Source: the human T2T-CHM13v2.0 reference genome, Homo sapiens
Assembly (NCBI GenBank): GCA_009914755.4
Contig: CP068257.2
Location: forward strand, 17,280,001 to 17,344,000
Direction: 5' to 3'
DNA: 64,000 nt
Shown here: positions 28,930 through 39,306 of the stretch, piece after piece
Numbering within the stretch: position 1 is the stretch's first letter
How the letters are laid out: every line of letters begins with the position of its first letter
Notes under the pieces: generated by a model
Database searches by the model: none
Seen by the model: the letters and a program-made list of their open reading frames with translations, nothing else
Told to the model about the DNA's origin: nothing
Made by a program: the position numbers and the translations under genes

Positions 28930-30600
28930 GAGTTTTTTTCACAGCATTATTGAGATATAATTTATATACTATACAACTGACACACAAAAACGTACAATTC
29001 AATTTTTTTGGCATATTTCCAGAATTGTACAACCATACCCTAGTCTAATTTTAGTAGATATTCATTCCTCCAAAAGAAACCTCGTATTCATTATCAGTAA
29101 TTTACCTTCTATCTCTATAGATTTACCTGTTTGGAAATGTCATATAAATAGAAGCATACAGTATGTCATCTTCTCTGAATTGCTTTTCTCACTTAGTATA
29201 TTGTTTTCACGATTCATCCATGCTGTGTGATATGTCAGTACTTCATTCCCTTTTGTTGTGAAACACTCTTCCATTGTATAGATACACCACATGTAAACTA
29301 CCCACTCACCGGCTGATGGCAACTTGGATTGTTTCTACTTTGTATTTATTATGAAGCAGGCTCCTATGAACATTCATGTAGAAATTTTCGTGTGGATGTG
29401 AATTTTCATTTCTCTGGCATGTATACCTAGAAATGGAATTGACAAGCTGTTTTCCAAAGTGGCGGAACTATTTTACATTCCCACTAGCAATGTGTGAGAG
29501 TTCCACAATTTCTCCACAATCTTGCCCATTCTTGCTTTCTGTCACTTTATTATAGTCATCTGTGATGGTGAATATTAGGTGTCAACTTGATTGGATTGAA
29601 GGATGCATAGATAGCTGGTAAAGTATTGTTTCTGGGTGTGTCTGTGAGTGTGTTGCAGAGACTAACATTGAGCAGGTGAACTGAGAGAGGAAGACCCACC
29701 CTTAATGTGGGTGGGCACCATCCAATCAGCTGCCAGCACAGCTAAAACAAAGCAGGCGGAAGAAGATGGGATAGATAAGCTGGTTTGCTGAGTGCGCTTT
29801 CATCTTTCTCCCGTGCTGGATGTTTCCTGTCCTGTGACATCAGACTCCAGGTTCCTCGGCCTTTGGACTCTTGGACTTACACCAGTGGTTTGTCGGGGGC
29901 TCTGGAGCCTTTGGCCACAGACTGAAGGCTGCACTGTTGGCTTCCCTACTTTTGAGGCTTTCGGACTTGTACTGAGCCACTACTCGCTTCCTACCTCCTC
30001 AGCTTGCAGATGGCCTATCGTGGGACTTCACCTTGTGATCGTGTGAGTCAATTCTCCTTAATAAACTCCCGTTCATATATACATCTATCCTATTAGTTCC
30101 GTCCCTCTGGAGAACTCTGACTAATACACCCTCCTAGTGGTTTTGAAGTAGTATCCCCTGGCGGTTTTGATTTGCATTTCTTTAATGACAAGTTATGTTG
30201 AGACTCCCCTTGTACTTATTGGCAGTCTACATATCTTCTTTGGAGAAACGTTTATTGAAACCCTTTTCTCATTTTTATATTGAGTTATTTGTCTTCATAT
30301 TATTAAATTATGAGAGGTATTTATAATTTTGAATTCAAGTCCCTTGTCTGATACATGATTTGCAAATATTTCCTTCTATTCTGGAGGCTGTCTTTTCACT
30401 TTCTTGATGATGTTATTGGCAGCACAAAAATTTTACATTCTGATGTACCCCCATTGATCTACTTCTTTGTCACTTGTGTTTTTCAGAGTTTAAACCTAAG
30501 AAACTACTTCTATCTTTTATTCTAAGAGTTTTATAATTATTATTCTTACATTTAGGTCTATAATTAATTTTGAGTTAAATTTTGCTTGTTTTTATCTTTA
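28930..30600 (-). mobile_element. Old L1 (L1M-type) 3' end, about 1.1 kb, antisense on +. It is split by the MLT1 insertion at 29561-30129.
   Basis: attattgagatataatttatatactatacaactgacacacaaaaacgtacaattcaatttttttggc...cttagtatattgttttcacgattcatccatgctgtg...acattcccactagcaatgtgtgagagttccacaatttctccacaatcttgcccattcttgctttctgtcactttattatagtcatc | MLT1 | cctcctagtggttttgaagtagtatcccctggcggttttgatttgcatttctttaatgacaagttatgttgagac...tttgagttaaattttg. These are motifs I recognise from the antisense strand of the L1M 3' UTR and ORF2 end. Confidence 0.75.
29561..30129 (+). mobile_element. MLT1-type MaLR solo LTR nested inside the L1M
   Basis: tgtgatggtgaatattaggtgtcaacttgattggattgaaggatgc...cccacccttaatgtgggtgggcaccatccaatcagctgccagc...cagcttgcagatggcctatcgtgggacttcaccttgtgatcgtgtgagtcaattctccttaataaactcccgttcatatatacatctatcctattagttccgtccctctggagaactctgactaatacac. 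This matches MLT1 consensus landmarks. The flanking L1M sequence is duplicated (tcatc / cctcc, each side reading ccatcctagtgg in the L1 consensus), consistent with a 5-bp MaLR TSD. Confidence 0.8.
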
Positions 30601-31475
30601 GCCTGTCTACTCAGGGTTTACCCCTTTATCAGTAAAATTTATTTATTATTTAAAGATTGTGCTGTATTCCTCTTAGCTAGTTAGATTCGAACCCTTTATT
30701 GCCAACTATGAATGTGGCTTGGATACTGCTATCATTATTTAGGGAATTTACTTCTTTTTTGGTCTTAGCCAAGTACTAGTACTTTGGAGGTTCCCCCTCT
30801 GATTGCTTCATAAACCTTGCAGCTTTGAACAGGCACACAGCGTCCACAGCCATGGATGTGGGTGGTTTTATTTTTGATCTTTTGTAGTTATTTAGATCTT
30901 TTGATCTGAGTAGCTTATTGTTCAATCATCCTTTGGTCAGAAGTCGTGTTTAAGCTCCTTGTGTCGGTGAGCCTCCCCCTGTATTGATGGGTCATTGTGC
31001 AACATGAAGAATGCTTTAAATCCTTCCCTTTTCCCACTTTGATCACTTCCGCGTGGGTGCAAACCAGCGCATGCGCACAGCCTTCTCGATGCTCAGGGTT
31101 GCCTCTGATCTCAGGACAGCTCTTCTTAGCTGTCCTTTCCCCTGATTTTCTCTTTTAAACTTCTGGCTGTTCTCCTGTCTTACTAGTATCACTGAAATGC
31201 CACTTTACTCTTAATTGCTTTCCACCAAGATCTTTATTACTTTTGACAATGCCTTTAGATGAAGTTCTTCATTCTCTGTTCTAAATAAAGTCAGTCCCCT
31301 CAAACAAAGCTGAGGAGCTCATTATCCTTAAGTCCTGACCTCTCTCTCGTCAGAACTTACATGGTACTGCACCCGAGCTGAGGGTAGACACCCGCCTTTT
31401 CCAGAGTCACATCCCTACTCCAGTAGAGGGCAGTGTTTGCGTTAGGTTTGAATGTTTGAATGAAGAATGTTCCTC

Positions 31476-31845
31476 TCCAAAATTCATGATGAAACTTAAT
31501 CCCCAATGCAACAGTGTTAAGAGGTAGAACCGTTAGGAGGGGATGAAGCCATGATGGCTCCATCGTCATGAATGGACTGGGGCTTTATAAAAGGGCTCGA
31601 GGGGACAAGTTTCTCTCTTCCCTCCCTTCTGCCACGTGGGGGCACAGTGTTTGTCCCTTGGGAGGGTGCAATGTTCAAAGCATCATCTTGGAAGCAGAGA
31701 GCAGCCCTCACCGGACACCAAAACTGCTGGCACTCTGATATTGGACTTCCCAGCCTCAAGACAAGTGAAAAATAAATTTCTGTTGTTTATAAATGACTCA
31801 GTCTTACGTACTTTGTTATAGCAGCACAAACAAATTAGACCGAAA
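31476..31845 (-). mobile_element. Ancient MaLR-like LTR, same family as 463-1152 and 21151-22140, in the opposite orientation
   Basis: ctccaaaattcatgatgaaacttaatccccaatgcaacagtgttaagaggtagaaccgttaggagg...cagccctcaccggacaccaaaactgctggcactctgatattggacttcccagcctcaagacaagtgaaaaataaatttctgttgtttataaatgactcagtcttacgtactttgttatagcagcacaaac. Its start is the reverse complement of the end of the 463-794 copy (ccaaaattcatatgttgaag versus cttcaatatatgaa). Its layout parallels THE1/MST LTRs (gggaggtaatt... / ...ccagtct-ggtattttgttatagcag). Confidence 0.55.
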
Positions 31846-33535
31846 CTGTGCCTGTGTTTGTGGGAAGTAGCAGACCCTGGTCTTCTTGGCTTGCCCCTCA
31901 TGATGTGAAATTGAAGTCCTTTGAAAAAGATGGGGTGGGGTGATTAGGGCCCCAGTATTCTCAGCTTGCCACACCTGGGGCCACCTTTGGCTCCGAAAGT
32001 GGGAGCTGGATGGAAAAAGGCATAGCTGGTGCTCTATACCACACCTGCCTAGAATGGAGCTTCTGCAATGTGCGGTTGGTAGTAGAGGGTAAGAAAAGCA
32101 GGCAACCTGCCCCTCCAGGGATGAAACATGAAGCTGAGGGGAGAGGGCAGTGCAGTAACTCAGTGGGTTATGACTCAAATGCCCCACCTGGCTGCTGCTC
32201 TTACTGAGATTTAGTAGCTTTTCTTGATTGAATGTTTTACCATTTGCTATATGCCCTTTGGACAATTTCCAGACTTTAAATGATTGTGTTTTAAAATGTT
32301 CACCAGTTAAAAGGCTGGAAAAAAGGGCCACTGTTCTCCTTATTCAACCATTCTATAAGTCCTGCCTACACTACTCTTTTAATATTTTTGAAATCTTGGT
32401 TATTACAAAATATAGCAAAACTTTGTCTTCAATGTTCCACATACTGATTCAGAAATACAGCGCTCTTAGAAATCAAATATAAACCTACAAATATTAATAA
32501 AAGGATAGATCTTAATATTAAAGAATCTAGTATTTTCTTAAATTAGTTATGTGCTGTATTTGGCTATAGTTAAATGTTTAGTTTATTTACGCAGCCTAAT
32601 TTTATTCACTAATACACCTATTTAGTGGCAATTACCAAGGACTCTAGAAACAAATTTCTGTGTGTACGCAGGATAAAAGTTTGGTCCCGAGTCAAGAGAT
32701 TGCTTTATAATTGATAGATTGCTAATGTTAATTTAAAATAAATGCCACCCAATTTACTTGATAATAGTACTTATGTAGCAATATTCATTTCTTGCGATTA
32801 TGTATTTAAAATATATTGTCCATCAAGTATTATCTATTAAAAATATTATCTTCTACAGAATTGCTTTATTAATTTCTTTTACATTTTTTATGCTTAGCCA
32901 AGTTTATTTTATGAACATTACTTTTGTTATCAGTTCTTATCGATTTAATATATCAGCCACATTAATAACAGAGTAGCCTAGGCAAAATCCTCCAAAACAA
33001 TTCTATCATCTTCCTCTTTATTGTATATCATATTTCTTAAACCTAACAATATAATTTTGTTTCAAAGTTTGTAGAGAATGGACTTCAATCTCTCTCTGAG
33101 ATAAAATTATTATCTCGAAAGCTCAGGTGAGATAAAGATGAAATGAGTACAGGCAAACCTAGAAGGAAATATAAAAAGCAAGAGTTGTAAAAAAAAAGTT
33201 TCAGAACACATTTCTTAGATTTTTATTAGGAGCTTTTTTTATCTCTTATCTTCATATTAGAAGCATTAATACTTATGAGTTTGTTACCACATGAAATTTT
33301 GCAGTTAGAGACATAATTATATACACATATACACATATGTACATATGAACTATACACTGAAAGGGTTTCCCTGAGTAATGTAAATTGACATATAATTAAT
33401 GTCTAACTCTATTGAAATTCATAGGATAACACTTATTTTTCATGCATCTTTTATTCACTATTACCTAGAAAATAGACTGTAGCAAAAGCAAATCAAAACC
33501 TCGGTTTGGAAACATAGATCAACAAAATATAAACT

Positions 33536-33900
33536 TGCCTATATGGGCTACTGCAGTGACTTCAGCTTGTATGAAAATTCTTGTGAAGACCCACTAAAAG
33601 GTATTATTCTGGTAGCTTTCCATTTTATTTATTTGTTTTATTTGTGTATGCACACGTGTACTCCTGTGTATCTATATCTAAATTTCTATCTGCAAATTTT
33701 GCTAATATATGATTCTGTAGTGAATTCAGCTTCTATAAAAGTTCTTGTGAGGACCCACTACAAGATACTATCCTGGTAGCTTTCAGTGATGTGTGTGTAT
33801 TCTTATCTGCAAAATTTGCCTATATATAATACTACAGCAGCTTCAGCCTTTACAAAATGTCTTATGAGGATGCCCTGTAATATATTATCCAAGGAGCTTG
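33536..33900. repeat. Diverged tandem array: three copies of a unit of about 85-165 bp
   Basis: Unit 1: tgcctatatgggctactgcagtgacttcagcttgtatgaaaattcttgtgaagacccactaaaaggtattattctggtagctttcc. Unit 2 at 33700: gctaatatatgattctgtagtgaattcagcttctataaaagttcttgtgaggacccactacaagatactatcctggtagctttcag. Unit 3 at 33817: tgcctatatataatactacagcagcttcagcctttacaaaatgtcttatgaggatgccctgtaatatattatccaaggagctt. The spacers share tatctgcaaa(a)ttttgc. Confidence 0.8.
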
Positions 33901-36539
33901 AATGTGATTTACGTTGAGCTAGTATTTATCTTTAGCCTTTCTGTCAGTTAAATTTCCTACGTAACAACTCCAGAATTTTGTGTCTTTTAATGACAGCCAG
34001 TGATTCAGCCCATGATTCCGCAGACTGGCAGTTTTAATTGGGCTCAGTTGTTGGTTCTTTTGGCTTCTTTGTCTGTGGTAAGCTATATGATTGGTGGCCA
34101 AGGCAAGCTGGATTATGAAGGCCTTGTCTGAGAATGCTATTGACTAGGCCCCTCTCCAGGTAATGGCTTATCATCAGGCAGGCTAGCATGCATCTATTCA
34201 CATGATTACAGGGTTACAAATGCAATAAGAGAGTGAACATTAAGGTGTCAGCACTTCTCAAGCCTCTAGCTGTGCTACATTTGCTACTTTTCAATTGTGC
34301 AAGATAAATCACATGGTCACACTGAAAGTCAGTGGGAAAACAGACTGCACCCTTGATGACAGAAGCTGCAAGTTGCAATGCAAGGAAAATGAGTAGAGCA
34401 GGGAAACTTTGAGGCTGTGTTTGCAATCTACTAACCTTTGGACCTGTTGATTACATTTCATCTGAATAATACGGCAATTGAGTTTTTAGCTTATTGTTTA
34501 AACAGCAAAAACGACATCCTAATTGTATTGTTCTGAGTGGTAATTTTAAAACAATTTATTTCTTCAAGGATTAGTTTCTCTGGCTGTGGTGGTTGTTTTC
34601 TCCACTATTCTGAAATTAAGACCTTGAACCTTGAAAACAAACAAATTGAGCTTCAGAATAGTATAAAGTGCACTGTGGATAAGTTTCTTGTTTTTTTTTA
34701 TTCTTTAATTATTTTTCTAGAGTCATGTTTTTTTCCTTTGAGATTAAAATAATTTAACTCAAATTCTAATATAATTGAAATAGGACATGATCACGTTAAT
34801 TTTCTCTTTCAAATATTTCTACTTAAAAATTAGTTGTATTAAAACAACCAGATGGATAGATATAGCTATGTGTGATATGTATATGTATGTATATAAAATA
34901 TATGTGTGCATCTATATATCATATATTTTATATATGTACATGTATAATTTATATGGATTTATAATATACAGTCATATATAAATATATACATCATGCATTT
35001 ATACCATATATACATGTATGGGGCAAAATTAATGTTACTATGTGTTTGAATTATCCTAAAAATATAATAAAAGTTTAAGTCGATTATAAAAAATGTGACA
35101 GTGTAAAAAATCAAATCTTCCAAATATTATAAAACATTATATTTTGGCTTATTTTATTTTTTTCCAGATAAAAATCTAGATGTCTTTAGATTTTATTTTT
35201 GGCACAGCATTTATTGCACCAGGAAAAATACATGTTAAGTTACTTAAAATAATTTTTATTAAATTGTTTAAAATAATTGTGCTTTATTTTTACTAATAGC
35301 ACCATTTTCTTCCCTCCATTGAATTTCAGCTCTCAAAACATAAAATTTACTAATTATAAATTTTTAATGCAGAGATTCTCAAACATGGAATTGGGAAAAA
35401 TTTCAGTGCTGTATTTAGTTGTGAATTATGTAGCAAATAATTTGTGCTGACATTTGAGATATATATATATGTATATATATAAAACTTCAAAACTTTAAAA
35501 AATATATATATGTATAATAAAGTTATATCTGTATATAATTTAGAGCAAAGGCAGTATTTTCTAGATAATAATGTCATTTTTACTTCTTGTCAGCCATATT
35601 TTTTTTGGAATAAACTAGAATGAGGCAGCACCTGGTCCCAGGGAAATGCATGGGAATGTTGTATAGGAGAATGTTACTCTTCCTGTCTTTTATGATGATG
35701 AGAAAAACAAAGTAGAGAAAAGCTACTTTAATCCACATGATATATAAATTGAAATCTTAAGGAAACATAGCATCAAAGAATGTGTCATTACACTATTCAC
35801 AATAAAAAATGACAGCAGTTGAATTTGTCTATGAGTATCTCCACATATATTGCCCCACATATATTGTGGGACATAAATTTGCTGTTGCAAGGAGCAGGTG
35901 TCTAGAATTATCTCATTATTCTAAGAACCAAAGAAGGTTATGGAGACAGCACTAAGTAATCTTTAAAGAAAGCTCATAAATAGCTAACAGATAATGCTTC
36001 CATCCCCCATTTCCACCAGGATTAGTCTAATAGTAGCTGAAACTATTCAACAAGCCATGGCCTCATCAAAGACAACCTGAGATCCTTTCAAAAAATCCCA
36101 TCTCTGATACTGTGATAATGCTTTTCCTTCCAAAATACTTCCACTTGTTCTTATCCCTGACACTTCCTTCCTCACATTGTTTTACACCATGAATACCGCG
36201 GAAAAAAGGAATATAAGCAGCAAAATTTGCTATGGACTTTCAATTTAACCACAAATCTCTGCATCCTAACCCCCTACATTTTTTAAGGTCAGTCTTCCTC
36301 TTTTCAACATATATAATAGAAAATGTTAAAATGCACATTTCCAAAGAATAGTATACATAATATTTATCTATTTTCCAAAATAAAATCTTAATTCAGCTTC
36401 TCATACACAACAACATCAGTCAGAATTCCATTCTTGCTCTTCTTGTTGAGGTTGAGGGGTTTTCTTGATTATTTTCGTTGCTGATGCTTCTTTGATAAAA
36501 ACACCTATTTTATTTTTTGCCTTACTGCTTTTAAAATTA

Positions 36540-36640
36540 TTATTTTAAAAAACATAGTAATTTAAAATAGTAATTTTTAGTATTTTAAATACTAAATAGT
36601 ATTTAGTAAAATAGTAAAAAATAGTAATTATTTAAAATAC
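36540..36640. repeat. AT-rich degenerate tandem repeat with a unit of about 12 bp (aaatagtaattt). Probably the expanded tail region of the adjacent minus-strand L1.
   Basis: catagtaatttaaaatagtaatttttagtattttaaatactaaatagtatttagtaaaatagtaaaaaatagtaattatttaaaatacatagtaatttt. Confidence 0.7.
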
Positions 36641-38285
36641 ATAGTAATTTTATGTATTTATAGGACACAGTATGATATTTCAATACAATATATAATGTAT
36701 ACAATGTGTAATAATCAAATTAGAGTAATTAGCATATCCATCACCTCAAACGTACTATTTCTTTGTGCTGGGAACATTCAAAATCCTGTCTTCTAGCAAT
36801 CAGGAAATATGTAAAGTAAATGGTTGTTAACTATAGCCACCCTACAGTGTATAGAACACTAGAACTTATTCCTCCTATCTAGTTATAATTTCATATCTGT
36901 TAAACAACTTTTCACTATCTCCCCCAAACCTCTACCTTTCTCAGCCTCTAGTAACCACTATTCTACCTACTACTTCTATGAAATAAACTATTTTAGCTTT
37001 CCCATATGAATGAGAACACATATTTATCTTGCTGAGCCCGGTTATTTTACTTAATGTCCTGCAGTTCCATCCATGTTGCTATTAATGACAGGATTTCATC
37101 CTTTTGTGGCTGAATAGTATTCCAATATGTGTATAGCACATTTTCTTTATCCAAGCATCCTCTGATGGACACAGGTTTATTACATGTCTTGGCTACTATG
37201 AATAGTGCTGCAGTAAACACAGAAATGCAGATATCTCTTCAATATATTTATATCCTTTCCTTTGGATATATAGTTCTGTTTTTAGTTTTCTGAGGAACAT
37301 CCACACTGTTTTTTATAATGGCTTACTAATTTATATTTCCACCAACAGTGTATAAAAGTGTCCCTTTCTCTGCATCCTTGGCAGCAATTGTATAATAAAT
37401 TATGTCTTTTTGATAATTGCCATACTAAACGGGGTGAGAAGATATCTCAGTTGGTTTTGGTTTGCATTTCCAATGACATTCTTTACATAAATCTAAAAAA
37501 CAATTCTAAAATTTGTATAGAACCACACACACAGAAAAAAAAAAAAAAACCAAAGAGCCAAATAACAATCCTGAGCAAAAAGAGGAAAGCTGGAGGCATC
37601 ACACTGTCTGACTTCAAAATACACTACACACCTATAGTAACCAAGATAGCATGCTACTGGCATAAAAACAGACACATACACCAATGGGACTGGATAGAGA
37701 ACCCAGAAAGAAATCCATGTATTTACAGCCAATTGATTGTCAACAAAATGTCCAAGAACATACATTGGAGAGAGGGCACCCTCTTCAATAAATGCTGTGG
37801 GGAAAACTGGATATCCATGTGCAGACAAATGAACCTAGACCCCTATCTCTCACCATATACAAAAAAAATCAACAAAAATAGATTAAAGACATAAATGTAA
37901 AATCAGAAAGTATGAAAATATTAGAAGAAAACAGGGGAAAGATTTCAGAGATTGTTTTGCAGGAAGATTTTATGATGAAGACCTCAGAAGTACAAGCAAC
38001 ACAAGCAAAAAGAGAAAAATGGGATTATTTAAACCCAAAAAACTTCTATATAGAGAAAAAACAATCAATAGAGTGAAGAGACAACCTGCAGAGTTAAAAA
38101 AAATTTGCAAATTATTTATTCAACAAGATATTAATATCCAGAATATACAAAGAACTCGACTTGATGGCCAAAAAGTAATAATCTGATTTGAAAATGGGTA
38201 AAGGATCAAAATAGCCATTTCTCAAAAGAAGTCATACAAATTGTCAAGTATATGAAAAAATGGTTAACATCATTCTTTTAATTTC
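36640..38285 (-). mobile_element. L1 (L1PB/L1MA-like) 3' portion inserted on the minus strand, with a 5' inversion (twin-priming structure)
   Basis: 36640-37480 reads antisense L1 from the end of the 3' UTR back to ORF2 near the ...atcagggaaatgcaaatcaaaacc position (gtataatcaaattagagtaattagcatatccatcacctcaaacg ... ggctgaatagtattccaatatgtgtatagcacattttctttatcc ... ccaccaacagtgtataaaagtgtccctttctc ... ggttttggtttgcatttccaatgacatt). 37488-38285 reads sense L1 ORF2 from ...aaaaactactttaaagttcatatggaacc to ...gaaaagatgctcaacatcact (aaaatttgtatagaacca...caaagagccaaataacaatcctgagcaaaaagaggaaagctggaggcatcacactgtctgacttc...ggttaacatcattc). The two segments abut at the same L1 position, with a gap of about 20 nt. 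Confidence 0.8.
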
Positions 38286-39078
38286 TGACAAACATAAAGT
38301 AAATGCCAAATTTTTTTATCTTAAGATTGTTGTTAGTATAAAATGTGATAATGTAAATATCAGACATAGACTCTATTTCTAAATCACTAGATTTTTGGAA
38401 CAAACTCTTCACCATTAAACTGATTATGAGGAGTTATAATGTATAAGTAAGAGCATTTTTATAAGGTTAAGTAGGCTTAATTTCTGCCTCTGATCCTTAA
38501 ATGATGTGTTAACTTACATAAGTCACTTAACCTGTCTATATCTGTTTCTTTAGATGAAAAATAAACAAATAATATATAAAAAGAACTATTTTGATAACTA
38601 AACAAGTAAACAAGTGAAAAAAATTGTAACTGCATTAGCTCATGTTCACTATTTAATAAAATTTAGTGTGCATGAGTGTTTGTACATGCATATGTAAGTT
38701 AATAGCATATTGTAAACATTTAATTGAGCCAGAAAATATCAGCATATGCTATAGGATATTTATATTTGTATTGTATTTGTTGTATAAAGATTTCATTTCA
38801 GATTTCATATATACAAATATAAATCCGACATTTTGGCCCCAAACTGACTCAATACTTATTTTCCATTTAAATTATTCCAATTACAAATTCAGTACAGCTA
38901 AATCAATACTCAGCTCTCAGGAATTTGTAGGCCACACATTCAAACAGAAAGAAGGCATTGTACCTTATGTTTATTTCAGAAAAACAAACAGCTCTAGTTA
39001 CTTCAAGAGAAATTAAGTTATTATAGTTGGAACTTAACGTTATACAACCAAAAAGCGGACTGGAGAAGGAGTAGTTGA

Positions 39079-39306
39079 AGAAATATTTTTGGCTTTCAGG
39101 AAAGCTGGAAGAAAACGGCTCTGATAACCCTTGAGGACAATCTTCATGCAGGCAAAGTGGTTGATTCTCAGGAGAACAAGCAGAAGCTTCTGGAAAATGC
39201 CCATGACTCTCCGCTAATGCTTGCTCAGCGTTTGGGCAAGTCGACTTTATACCTAGAGCTCATTCGCTTCAGAACCAGTGTCTCTAAATTTTTTATCACT
39301 AAATAT
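39079..39306 (+). pseudogene. Possible relic of a Tc1/mariner (Hsmar2-like) transposase N-terminal HTH region. A 76-codon open stretch with no ATG.
   Basis: It translates to RNIFGFQESWKKTALITLEDNLHAGKVVDSQENKQKLLENAHDSPLMLAQRLGKSTLYLELIRFRTSVSKFFITKY. By eye it aligns with the mariner transposase N-terminus as I recall it (Hsmar2: KKEFRVLIKYCFLKGKNTVEAKTWLDNEFPDSAPGKSTIIDWYAKFKRG). The shared pattern is GK..V...L.N..DS.P...GKST......F.R. I saw no TIRs. Confidence 0.3.

Noticed and set aside
29792-30046. 84-aa ORF, with a paralogous 140-aa ORF at 44235-44657 on the minus strand
   Set aside because: Both lie inside copies of the same MLT1 LTR subfamily and encode near-identical peptides. The reading frame is a property of the repeat consensus, not a gene. 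The 44235-44657 ORF also reads through a (CA)n microsatellite as CVCVCVCV.
31816-32331. Longest ORF in the window (171 aa, minus strand)
   Set aside because: It has Ser/Leu/Gln-rich composition and no recognisable domain or motif. It sits in a locally GC-richer stretch adjoining an old LTR-like repeat, and it is overlapped by other-frame ORFs on both strands. One or two chance ORFs of this length are expected in 64 kb of six-frame translation when local GC is about 50%. There are no splice-site or Kozak features.
37358-37894. 178-aa ORF
   Set aside because: It spans the inversion junction of the twin-priming L1. The N-terminal half is antisense-L1 read-through. The C-terminal half is an L1 ORF2 fragment (...KKRKAGGITLSDFKIHYTPIVTKIACYWHKNRHIHQWDWIENPE...). 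It is a chimeric transposon artefact.
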